This document shows positions 40,870 to 52,199 of a stretch of DNA of 64,000 nucleotides, piece by piece. The DNA is taken from NCBI GenBank assembly GCA_050084985.1, contig JBITNC010000001.1, positions 201,996,001-202,060,000 on the forward strand, written 5' to 3'. Source of the stretch: Nageia nagi (Eukaryota; Plantae; Pinophyta). The notes below the pieces were generated by a model. It worked only from the letters and a program-made list of their open reading frames with translations, was not told the DNA's origin and made no database searches. The position numbers and the translations under genes are program-made. The number at the start of each line of letters is the position of its first letter. Within the stretch, counting starts at the first letter, position 1.

Positions 40870-41853
40870 CTTTAAGTCTGGCTAGAAGCATAGCCGGATC
40901 TTTGCTCGGATTCCTGAAAATCCTGTGGTTTCACTCTCCGTAAGAAACCCAATCTAGAAAAACCAAAATTTATACTAAAAATAATCAGATCTGTTTAAAT
41001 CAACAATACCTAGAACCTCAAAAACCCTAGATAGTTCAGATCTGAAATTCTGTCAGGAAATACATACAGGGAAATACATAAATTTGTAGTTTAATTCCAA
41101 AATCAGTTTTTTATTGAAATTGAATAAGAAAGACAATCCAGATCTACAATAATAAATGCTCAATGCATCAAAAGAAGGCACTAGGAAGAGAAATCTGGAT
41201 TTTAGGTGCTCAAAAGTGGCCCTAGAAGTTAGACGTTCCACTTAGTGTGCACATATCTGCAAAAATAGGCTCTTCAAACCTGAACATCCCTCTTAGAAAG
41301 CTGATATGATCTGAAAAATGCACAATAAGCTGGCTGAACACTTGAAATCTGCAAAATGTCCTCTTCAAGGCTGGACACTCCAAACTAGGGTTTTAAACCC
41401 TCAAATCTGATGTTCAAATAATCTAGGAATCCCTCTTCTTCAACAATGTAGCACAATTGTAAACTCTGAATGGATTTACCACAGAAGACTCAAGGCTGTG
41501 CTTCCTCAAGTTTAACACCAAGAGGTTGACCTTCCTCTAGTGTTCCCACTCATGTAGCTGGTCGTCCATAGAAGGAATAGAGATTGCTGCTTGAACAAAG
41601 CTCTCCAAAGAAATCAATTAGAATGATCAAAAAACTCCCTCCCAATGAAGTACTCTTTCCCTTTATATTTAGCATTCACTTAAACTCCCTCCTAATCCTT
41701 CATTACGACACTTTATTATAAAATAATATTATCTAACACTTAATTATTATTAAAACACCTTTTTACTTCTAAACATGGTCATCCTGCTTATTTTTGTCTT
41801 GACTAATAACTATGGGCCATTTAAATAAAGGTGGCAAAATTGGGGACATTACA
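40870..41853 (-). repeat. 3' LTR of a chromovirus-type Ty3/gypsy element with adjacent PPT
   Basis: Minus strand reads TTGCTTGAGGACAAGCAATCTTTGGGAAGGGTGGACT|TGTAATGTCCCC: LEDKQ-type pol tail, PPT at 41855-41870, TG start at 41853. Far end approximate. Confidence 0.75.
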
Positions 41854-42297
41854 AGTCCACCCTTCCCAAAGATTGCTTGTCCTCAAGCAATACCAACACA
41901 ATATCAAAATCACTAGGCTGATCCAAACTGAAACCAAATGTGATCCAAGGGTCCCATATCAATTTCACCACCATGTTGACGTAGTGCCACCTTGATTACA
42001 ATTGAGAATTCCATATGCCAAATCTGCGCTCTCCTCTCCTGTAACCCCACAATATAGTCTCCCTCAAAGCCCAAACTGAAATACCTGCAAACAGGTGTAA
42101 AATTGAATCAGAAACTGATATATTCTTTCTATATTTCCCTCACATACTTTAACATAGACATACAAAACCTCCACCAAATGCACCAACACAATGTACTGTC
42201 CAAGGATCATAAATTTGGTCAGAAAATCCATCTTTTTAATGAGATCATCCCTATCTTGGTCAAAATTCTGCATGTATTCTATAACACACATGACTAG

Positions 42298-43155
42298 CTA
42301 AACATCTTTTGAATCTTCATATCTTTGCATTATGTGACCAGTATAATCAAACGCAGAAATGATTGCATGCTGAAATAAAGTGCTGACCTGTTGTATCCTC
42401 CATTCTCTGCTGTATTCACCCTTATCTTCAGCATCCATCCAATAGTCACCTCCTCCATTAATGCTTTGTTGTTTAGACATTTCTTTACAAATAGTTGCAA
42501 TGTATTCTTTAAAGACCATTGATACAACATCATCACTATTAGGTGCCATTTCTTTCCTAACTGCTGCTGCTGACTCACATAAACCAAAATACAAATGTGA
42601 TATTGTACCTTTTGCATTGCCATTGTCATCTTCAATAGCAGAATCATCTCCATTCAAATGAGACCTATCCCATAATGGAGTACCCTCTTCAACAAAAGAG
42701 TGAAGACGTGATTTCTGCACTAATATTAAGAGACCTTCACTCCTCAACTCTCGACACAATGGGCAGACTTGTGAACTTGTTCCTTCTGAGGCTTTGAATT
42801 TATCATGTTTGCCTGAAGGTCCTGAACAACACATAGTAGATACTAAAGAGCGAAATGATGACTCCAATGGCTTGCATTGTCTTGAGTAAAATTGCCGTTC
42901 AACATTTATTGCTTCAATACCATCATGCTGCCCTAATGATTTCAATCTTGCATGAGTCAACCTAGATATATTTGCCCCAGCCTTATCCACTAAATGAAGC
43001 TCTCTTATTGTTGGGCCGATTCCACACAAAGCAACCAGTATTGCATAAGTTACAGGCAAACTCAAAGGCAAATTCAGATATGGGAGATTGAACAATGACG
43101 AATCTGAGAAGTGCCAACAGTCAAGTTCCATGTGCTTAAGTATGCAGACTGTCAT
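42298..43155 (-). CDS. Unassigned 285-aa intronless ORF with host-gene-like composition, lying upstream of the PPT/3' LTR
   Basis: Uninterrupted ORF with complex amino-acid composition (CPLC motif, acidic stretch) and no recognisable TE domain. Family not recognised. Confidence 0.55.
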   Translation of the reverse strand: MTVCILKHMELDCWHFSDSSLFNLPYLNLPLSLPVTYAILVALCGIGPTIRELHLVDKAGANISRLTHARLKSLGQHDGIEAINVERQFYSRQCKPLESSFRSLVSTMCCSGPSGKHDKFKASEGTSSQVCPLCRELRSEGLLILVQKSRLHSFVEEGTPLWDRSHLNGDDSAIEDDNGNAKGTISHLYFGLCESAAAVRKEMAPNSDDVVSMVFKEYIATICKEMSKQQSINGGGDYWMDAEDKGEYSREWRIQQVSTLFQHAIISAFDYTGHIMQRYEDSKDV

Positions 43156-43169
43156 TGTGGTTTTTATAC

Positions 43170-43262
43170 TATGGAAAAATTCATTGTTGCTTCTTGTGAC
43201 AGCAAAGGATAGATGAACATTTGTGCAAATTTGTCCAATACCTTTTCAAAATATGCAATACT

Positions 43263-43267
<5 letters not shown>
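43170..43267 (-). pseudogene. Insulysin/IDE-like (M16A metallopeptidase) gene fragment, copy 1
   Basis: VSIAYFEKVLDKFAQMFIYPLLSQEATM resembles the IDE segment FDV..D.FEEALDRFAQFF.CPL.S.DATMRE. Confidence 0.6.

Positions 43268-43296
<29 letters not shown>
43265..43296. repeat. (TA)n microsatellite at the LINE tail junction
   Basis: TA run adjacent to the T-tract. Confidence 0.9.
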
Positions 43297-43299
<3 letters not shown>

Positions 43300-43475
43300 C
43301 TTTTTTTTGGTAAAGGAATATTTATTAAAGGAAATTTTTTATACAGGGCTCCCAAAACCTGTCTTACATTTTAGATTTTCAAAATTTGGACATTTGATAC
43401 ATATTTCCAGCAAAGATCAAACATTATGGCTTGTCATGCCATGTTATTCATCTGTGTCCTCTGTAGGGTCAGCCA

Positions 43476-46400
43476 TGTTAGAAAATGGAGACTACAACCG
43501 GTTAGAAAACAGAGAGCAGTTTCTTTCTGTTTAACACCAAATTTCAGTTGCCAAGAAGCCATGACACCTGGTTATCAGTTATAGAAGGGTTGGGGGTTAC
43601 CTAACAACCTTCCTGATCCAACTTGGGTTTAAGTTGGGTTAGTTTGTACCTATAAATAAGAGGCTTGAGTTGAGGCATGTATTATTGTAGTTTTGACAGC
43701 AATTGTGAAGTAGATTGTGATTGTTGAGAGAGAGAGATTGTAGTGAGGTTTTGTTGTAACTCCAAAGTGAAGATTGTAGCAAGGTTATGCTGCTGGTTTG
43801 TTACTTGGAGGACTTTGAAGAATGATATGCAAAAGGGTTGAAAGCTTCTCCGTGGATGTAGCCTACATTGGGTGAACCATGTTATCTCTTGTGTCTCTCT
43901 TTGTGTGATTGATGTTCATGGTTATTTGATTTCAGTAGTATGTTTTGAATGTTGTTTCTTTTGCTAAGGAGTAAGAGAATTACTGATGCTCTTGCTTATA
44001 TAAACTTATTAAATCCTAACAAGTGGTATCAGAGCTTGTTGTTGTGTTGGGATTTTGTTGGTGAATCTTGTGTGTAGATTAGAAACCAGGAAGAGCACTA
44101 TGGCAGAAGAAGGGAGGCTGAAGGTGGAAAGATTTAATGGGCAAGGTTTTCAGTTTTGGAAAATGCAAATGGAAGACTACCTCTACCAAAAGGATCTCTA
44201 TCAACCTCTAGAAGATAAGAGTAAGAAACCCACTTCTATGAGTGATGAAGAATGGAACTTGTTGGATAGAAAGGCTTTGGGAGCTGTAAGACTTTGTTTA
44301 AGTTCTAGTGTAGCTTTCAATATTTCCAATGAAAAAACTACTAAAGGTGTAATGGATAAGCTTGCTAAAATGTATGAAAAACCATCTGCCTCAAACAAAG
44401 TATACTTAATGAAGAAATTGTTTAACATGAAGATGAATGAAGGTAGTTCAGTTCAAGACCATGTTAATGAATTTAACATAGTCACAAATCAATTAACTTC
44501 AGTAAAAATAGAATTTGAAGATGAAGTAAGAGCTTTGTTAATTCTATGTTCACTTCCAGATAGTTGGAATAGCTTTGTTATGGCTGTTAGTAATTCTTCT
44601 TCTAATGCAAAATTGGTCTTTGATGAAGTTGTTGGAACAATTCTTAGTGAGGACATGAGGAGAAAGTCCACGGGAGAATGCTCCAATGCTGCTCTCACAG
44701 TAGAGGCAAGAGGAAGATCAAAGGAAAGAAGGAGAAGCAAGTCAAGAAGCAAATCGCAAGGAAGGTCAAAATCAAAAGGTAAAACTAAATTGGAATGTTG
44801 GCATTGTGGTAAAAAGGGTCACATTAAAAGGGATTGTTGGAATAGAAAAGGAAAAGAAAGTGAAAGTAGTAATTATAATAATGAAAGCACAAGTAACCAA
44901 GAGGCAAATATTGTTGGTGAATTAATTCAAGATGCTTTAATCATGTCTAATGAAAAGAATGATGATTATTGGGTTCTTGATTCGGATGCTTCATATCATG
45001 CTACTCCACATAAGAACTATTTTTCAAATTACACACATGGTGACTTTGGTCAAGTATTATTAGGTAATGAACACCCATGCAAGATTGTTGGTATTGGCAA
45101 TATAACAATGAAATTACCTAATGGAACACAATGGACTCTTAATGAAGCTAGAAACATTCCGGATCTTAAAAGAAATCTTATATCAACAAGTAAATTGGAT
45201 AAGGAGGGCTATGTGATGACATTCGGGGATGCTAGTTGGAAAGTAACTAAAAGTTCAATGGTATTTGCAAAGGGAAATTTGGTGGGGTCTCTTTATTTGC
45301 TCACAAATGTCTTTGATTATTCATTGAATCTTGTTTCAATAGGCAATGATACATCACTATGGCATAATAGACTTGGACATATGAGTGAGAAAGGTATGAA
45401 AATGTTACACTCTAATGGTTCACTCCCTAATCTTAAAGAAGTTGATTTAGGATTTTGTGAAGATTGTGTGTATGGAAAATAAAAAAGGGTTAATTTTCTT
45501 AAAGTTGGCAAAGAAAAGAAGAGTCACAAATTAGAGCTTGTTCATACAGATGTGTGGGGTCCTGCACAGGTTTGCTCACTTGGAGGCTCATCTTATTTTG
45601 TCACTTTTATTGATGATTGTACTAGAAAGACATGGGTATACTGTATTAAAAAGAAATCTGATGTGTTTGAAACATTTAAGAGGTGGAAGGCATTGGTTGA
45701 GAATGAAACTAATTCTAAGTTGAAATGTCTTAAGTCCGATAATGGTGGGGAATTTTGCAATAATGAGTTTGATTCATTTTGTTCATACAATGGCATTAGA
45801 AGGATTAAGGTGGTCCCTAGAACTCCACAGGAAAATGGGGTTGCAGAAAGAATGAATAGGACTATCTTAGAAAGGGCTAGAAGTATGAGGATACATGCTG
45901 GGTTTCCTTTGAATCTTTGGGCTGATGCTATTGACACTGCTGTTTACTTGATTAACAGGGGTCCATCTATGGCTTTAGATGGAGGCATTCCAGAGGAGAT
46001 GTGGACAGGTAAAAAGGTGAATTACTCATTCTTGAGAGTCTTTGGTTGTGAGGCTTTTGCACATGTTGATAAAGAGGATAGAAAGAAACTTGATGCAAAA
46101 TCACAAAAATGCTATTTTGTTGGATATGGTGTTAATGATTTGGGATATAGGTTATGGGATGTTGATAACCATAAAATCATTAGAAGTAGAGATGTTGTAT
46201 TCAATGAGAAAAGCATGTATAAAGATAGATTGCAAAATGTTGAGGAACCCAAGTTTGTATCTCTAGAAGATGTTGATCAATATAAGGGTCCTGATAATAA
46301 TCATGTTCAAACACCTCCACCACAAACACCTCAAACTTTGTCACTTAGAAGGTCCTCAAGGACTAGAAATCCTCCTAAATGATACTCTCCTTCTCTTTAT

Positions 46401-48620
46401 CATATTCTTTATACTGATGGTGGTGAACCTGAATGTTTTGATGAAGCTATGCAGGGTGATACACAGATTAAGTGGGAGCATGCTATGAAGGAGGAGATGG
46501 ACTCCTTACTTAAGAATCAAACTTGGAGTTTGGTTGAGCTTCCAGAGGGTAAGAAGGCACTTACTAACAAATGGGTGTACAGGATAAAGGAAGAGGTAGA
46601 TGGGCGACAAAGGTACAAGGCAAGACTTGTGGTAAAAGGTTTTGAACAGAAAAAAGGTATAGATTATAATGAGATCTTTTCTCCAGTTGTTAAAATGACC
46701 TCAATTAGAGCAATATTGAGTCTTGTTGCTACTGAAAACTTGTTTCTTGAACAATTGGATGTAAAGACAGCTTTCCTTCATGGGGATTTGGAGGAGGATA
46801 TTTATATGCATCAACCCGAAGGTTTTGAGGTCAAAGGTAAAGAAAGGTATGTATGTAAATTGGAAAAGAGCTTGTACGGTTTGAAGCAAACACCTAGGCA
46901 ATGGTATCATAAGTTTGACACTTTCATGATAATAAATAAATTTGTAAGATGTCAATCTGATCATTGTGTGTATGTAAAGAAGACAACAAATGGCAACTAT
47001 GTAATCTTGCTTTTATATGTGGATGATATGTTGGTAGCAGGATCTAGTATGCAAGATATTGTTGATCTTAAGGAAAAGTTGGCTAATACTTTTGAAATGA
47101 AGGATTTGGGTGAAGCTAAACAAATACTTGGAATGAAAATAACAAGAGATAAACAAAACCACTTGCTTAGACTAAGTCAAGAAGATTATATTGATAAGGT
47201 TCTTAAAAGGTTCAATATGAATAATGCAAAATCTGTAACTACACCATTGGCAAAGCATTTTAAACTCACCAAACATTTAAGTCCTAAGACAGATAAGGAA
47301 AAGGAGTACATGACTAAAGTTCCCTATGCTTCGGCGGTTGGGAGTTTAATGTATGCAATGGTGTGCATTAGACCAGATATAGCACAAGCAGTGGGAGTGG
47401 TTAGTAGATTCATGAATAATCCAGGAAAAGGGCATTGGGAAGCAGTTAAATGGATCTTTAGGTATTTAAGGAGTACTTCTCATTACTCTTTATGTTTTGG
47501 TGGATCTAACTCTTGTTTGCAAGGTTATGTTGATTCTGACATGGCAGGTGATATAGATGGTGGGAGAAGCACTACAGGATATGTGTTTACCATTGGAGGT
47601 ACAGCGGTGAGTTGGATTTCAAAGCTCCAACAGGTTGTGGCTCTCTCCACTACTGAGGCAGAGTATGTTGCGATCACGGAGGCAAGTAAAGAATTGATTT
47701 GGTTGAAGAGATTGATGGAGGAACTGGGAAAGGTGCAGGAGGATGCAAAGCTATGGAGCGATAGCCAGAGTGCTATTCATCTTGCAAAGAACTCAGCCTA
47801 CCATTCGAGAACCAAGCATATCAAATTGAGGTACCACTTCATCAGGACAGCGTTGGAGGATGGTTCAGTCAGTTTGGGGAAGATTCACACGTCTCAAAAT
47901 CCTGCGGACATGTTCACTAAATTTGTTACAAAGGAGAAGTTGGGCTCTTGCTCAACTTGGATTGGTCTTAAGGAGTAAAGGCCAAGATGAGAAGCTTTTG
48001 ACCCTTGTTGCAGAGGAAGAAGTCTCCAAGTGGGAGATTGTTAGAAAATGGAGACTACAACCGGTTAGAAAACAGAGAGCAGTTTCTTTCTGTTTAACAC
48101 CAAATTTCAGTTGCCAAGAAGCCATGACACCTGGTTATCAGTTATAGAAGGGTTGGGGGTTACCTAACAACCTTCCCGATCCAACTTGGGTTTAAGTTGG
48201 GTTAGTTTGTACCTATAAATAAGAGGCTTGAGTTGAGGCATGTATTATTGTAGTTTTGACAGCAATTGTGAAGTAGATTGTGATTGTTGAGAGAGAGATA
48301 TTGTAGTGAGGTTTTGTTGTAACTCCAAAGTGAAGATTGTAGCAAGGTTTTGTTGTAACTCCAAAGTGAAGATTGTAGCAAGGTTATGCTGCTGGTTTGT
48401 TACTTGGAGGACTTTGAAGAATGATATGCAAAAGGGTTGAAAGCTTCTCCGTGGATGTAGCCTACATTGGGTGAACCACGTTATCTCTTGTGTCTCTCTT
48501 TGTGTGATTGATGTTCATGGTTATTTGATTTCAGTAGTATGTTTTGAATGTTGTTTCTTTTGCTAAGGAGTAAGAGAATTACTGATGCTCTTGCTTATAT
48601 AAACTTATTAAATCCTAACA
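43476..48620 (+). mobile_element. Full-length young Ty1/copia retrotransposon (Tnt1/Tork-like)
   Basis: LTRs 43476-44021 and 48039-48620 nearly identical, TSD AGCCA (43471-43475 / 48621-48625), PBS TGGTATCAGAGC 44024-44035, PPT AAGTGGGAGAT 48028-48038, gag-PR-INT-RT-RH polyprotein. Confidence 0.98.
44100..47978 (+). pseudogene. gag-pol: Copia gag-pol polyprotein with two in-frame premature stops
   Basis: MAEEGRLKVERFNG, CWHCGKKGHIKRDC knuckle, VLDSDAS protease, WHNRLGH, SDNGGEF, LYVDDM and RTKHI. TAA at 45480-45482 and TGA at 46380-46382 keep the same frame. Confidence 0.97.
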
Positions 48621-49254
48621 AGCCATCTGGACAAAAGCATGCTCATTCAGACACTGATTTCTAAGTACCACTATAGCTCGCTTGTGGATGTTGAAGGCAA
48701 ACCAAAAGATTACCAATTCTGTTTGTGTGAAGCCTTCCTCTGTGTGAATTGGGATTGCTTCTAGGATCTCTTCAGGTCACAGAGCTACAGAGACCTCAAC
48801 TTTCTTCTTGTTGACTGTGAATTCATTATCCCAATGCTTTTGAATTGCAGCCGTGAGTGTCCTAATGTTGTTCCATTCTTAGAGTCCCCGCAGTCTGTAA
48901 TATTGAAAAAACATTTGAAAGGCTTTCTCTGTCCAAAGCTGGTTCCTTCCTGTTGGGTAGTCTCTGGTTCCATCATAGCTACTAAAGCTAGATTTTCCAA
49001 GGCAGAGGATCTTGTGCCATAGGTGAGGTTTCCTCCACCATCTCCGTAAGATCTTCAAATGTTCAACAAGCCTGTAATCATCAGATATCTCAATTGGCGG
49101 AGATCGGGCCGCCCTTGGCGATTCAACATCAATTGTTGGTGAAGGGGACCTGTCTAAAGGTACATACTCTAGTGCAAGGGGAATTGGAGGAAAAGTCCTC
49201 TAGTTGAGGCATCGAAGGAACCATTTGCAGAGGAATAATTCGTCTCGCCCCCTA

Positions 49255-49540
49255 AGAGTAGTTGACCAAGATTTTTATCAAACCTTGGTGGAGAGGCATG
49301 CATCCCCTATTCCTACAGATAAATAGCCCATTGAGTGAAACAGAAAGTAAGGCAAGTTTACCTGCATCTTTCCCCTAAAATGAGCCAATAGAGGGAAATG
49401 GAAACCACTAATCTCCAAATACCTCGCTTCCAAGGTGAATAATTTCACCAAGGCCTTGGCAACTTCATTCCATGGGTGTGAAATATTTGCTACCAAGTAG
49501 GTCGACACGTGTCTCGTGGAGACCGGTTTGCCTGGCTCAA
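49255..49540 (-). pseudogene. Extra 3' ORF of the LINE, homologous to 15930-17065
   Basis: HPWNEVAKALVKLFTLEARYLEISGFHFPLLAHFRGKMQVNLPYFLFHSM, then (frameshift) LHQGLIKILVNYS. Confidence 0.65.
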
Positions 49541-49559
49541 GTAAAGTTTGAATCTCCTT

Positions 49560-50554
49560 TATGGTTGAGCGAATGTTAGGAGTTATATTATGCAAGGTGA
49601 GATGGATTCCGGCAGAGCTATATGGGTCACAAAGATTTTGCAATACAATGTTGAGATCCGACCTACTAAGGTAGTTAAGGGCAGAGATCTTTGTAAACAA
49701 TTGGCTGAAGATCATATTTCTGATCATATCATGATTGTTGAAGTGGAAGGTGAAGAAAGAGAACTTCCAGAAGTTCCGGAAGAATTAGGTAATTGGATAA
49801 CTCAACTTTGTACATACTTTGATAGTGGTAGATTACTATATGAGCTTAATGCCTCTCAGAGGAGATTTAGATTAAATGCCCTCAACGATTGCATGATAGA
49901 TGATGTACTGTACAAAAAAAAATCATGATGGGATGTTGTTGAGATGCATTCATCCGGAGAAGGTTAAAGAGGTTCTAAAAGAGTTTCATTTAGGTTTCTT
50001 CGGAGGACACTACTCAGGATATACCACTGCTGCGAAAATTTTACAAGTAGGTTTTTATTGGCCTTCCTTGTACATAGATTCATTTCAGATTGCCAAAGAA
50101 TGCTACAAATGCCACAGACTTGTGGGAAGAAGAAGAATGGTGGGCATGCCATTGTAGCCTATTACTGCAGAAGAACCTTTCCAGCAATGGGGCCTTGATT
50201 TTATTGGTATGATCAATCCCGGGTCCTCAGCCGAAAATAGATTCATCCTGACAACTATAGACTACTTCACAAGATGGATGGAAGCTTTTGCTACCAAACA
50301 CCAAGATTAAGACACAATCATCTCCTTTATGGAGAGGATTATCACAAGGTTTGGTATCCTGCAAACTATTATATCTGACAATGGTTCGATGTTTCTAAAA
50401 GCCAAAGTTTCAGAGTTTGCCCTCAAATATGGCATCTATTGGAAAATCTCTTCCAATTATTACCCTCAAGGTAATGGATTAGCTGAGTCAACGAATAAAA
50501 ACCTGTTGAGAATCCTTAAGAGGACAATAGATGAAAATCAAAGAGATTGGGACA
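49560..50554 (+). pseudogene. Tat-type Ty3/gypsy RH-end and integrase fragment
   Basis: GRAIWVTKILQYNVEIRPTKVVKG, FHLGFFGGHYSG..AAKILQVGFYWP, WGLDFIG, IISDNG, YYPQGNGLAESTNK. No aRH between RH and INT; truncated at 50555. Confidence 0.92.
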
Positions 50555-52199
50555 AGAATTTCCCAAACTATGGGGTCTTGAAATATTATGACTGTCTAAG
50601 GCTTCCACCAAGCCTCTGATTCCTCCATTGCATAGAATTTCCCAAACTATGGGGTCTTGCTTGAATTCTTCACCAGTTTTTGGCTCAGTTCTCTTTTGCC
50701 TAGTCATGGCTCTCATTGTTTGGAAAACACACATGCGTCAACGTGGTTTCTCCATATGTTTAAGCTGTTTGAGTGAGTTTCATTTAATCTCCACCATCCA
50801 CAAATCCCACTTATCAATAGTGTTGGTATGTTTTTCTTTCCTCTCCCTAAACATGCACAAGACTTGGATGAAACAATGTTACTTGTTTCCGCCTGAAAGG
50901 ACTGGTTATCCCAAGCGCTCACATGGAATATGGACTAGGGCACAGTGGATAGAGATGCATGTTGTTAACCATATACAAGGGAAATACATCGTCGAAATTC
51001 GTTTCCACAAAGAGGAAAGACTGCAAATGTAAATGAAAGCGAAGAAAGATCACAAATGCCAGGATAAATGTGTAGGAATATGAATAATGAACTTATGAAG
51101 GTATCATCGATGATGCAATGTCTTGGTAGGTCATCTCTGGATTCTTTAAGAAAATGTATTCACTTATCAAGCCGGGAAACAAATAGCAAAAGGCTGAAGT
51201 TACTACCAAGTGAGAGCAGGAAGTTGTAGGGTCTATAGTGGAGACTTAATGGAATGGGGATGAAGGGAAAAGATCAACATGTGAATACGTAAATCTAACT
51301 GAATGACATAGAGATAAGCTATACGCCCTAGAATGCATCCACTTACCTGCAAATCATACACTGAACAATTTAAACTACTTCGAAAGATATTCAATTATCT
51401 TCTCTTAGAACTCATAGTTTTCAAAGAAAATGAACTTAAGTAGTAAAAACTAGTCAAACTAGCAAGAGAATCTTACAAGATAATATGCATGATCCCTCAA
51501 ATGATAATCTTCATAGCATTTACTTTATAGAATCATTCGAGAAAGAAATCAATTCTCAATGATATTCAATAATATAATCAGAAACATTCCTTACTTGATT
51601 GCAGTACCCTCAATATGATATTCAAAATGCACTAGAGATATAACAATATGCAACCACAATATGCTAAGAATCCCTTATGCCGCAAAATCTTATGCAATGG
51701 AATGCTGAAATCTTTCATATGCAAAAATTCTTATATATGGAACAATCTTTCCAGTTTCTGCAAAATGCAAAAATCCCCTTCTAAATGGCCCAACTAGGAT
51801 ATAACTAGGTCACTAGAAGGGTTGCCCTAAAGGCATCAAATCTGATATGGTGTGCACAAACGCAACACACATACCAATGCAAAATTTGATATTTTATAAA
51901 AAACTATGCAAGTGGCATTTAAAAACCGACAAAATATAAATGCCATAGTTGTAATGCATCTAATCTACCTCTAATCTATGCAAAAAGGAAATCGGATATG
52001 CAGTAAAAGTTTGACATTTGAATCGGCGGGAGCAAAACCTCAATGCTTGTATTGGTCAGATCCATAAATGAGTCTGATAGGTTTGATGTGGAGGAAGCAA
52101 AAACTCATCTTTACACCAATCAAATCAATTAAATGAAGTCTAAATACAACAACAACCAACATCAATATGCATTAAACAATGGAAAGGATACTTGCAGAA

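Noticed and set aside
44201-46964. Several minus-strand and alternate-frame ORFs within the copia element
   Set aside because: Shadow ORFs of the gag-pol frame.
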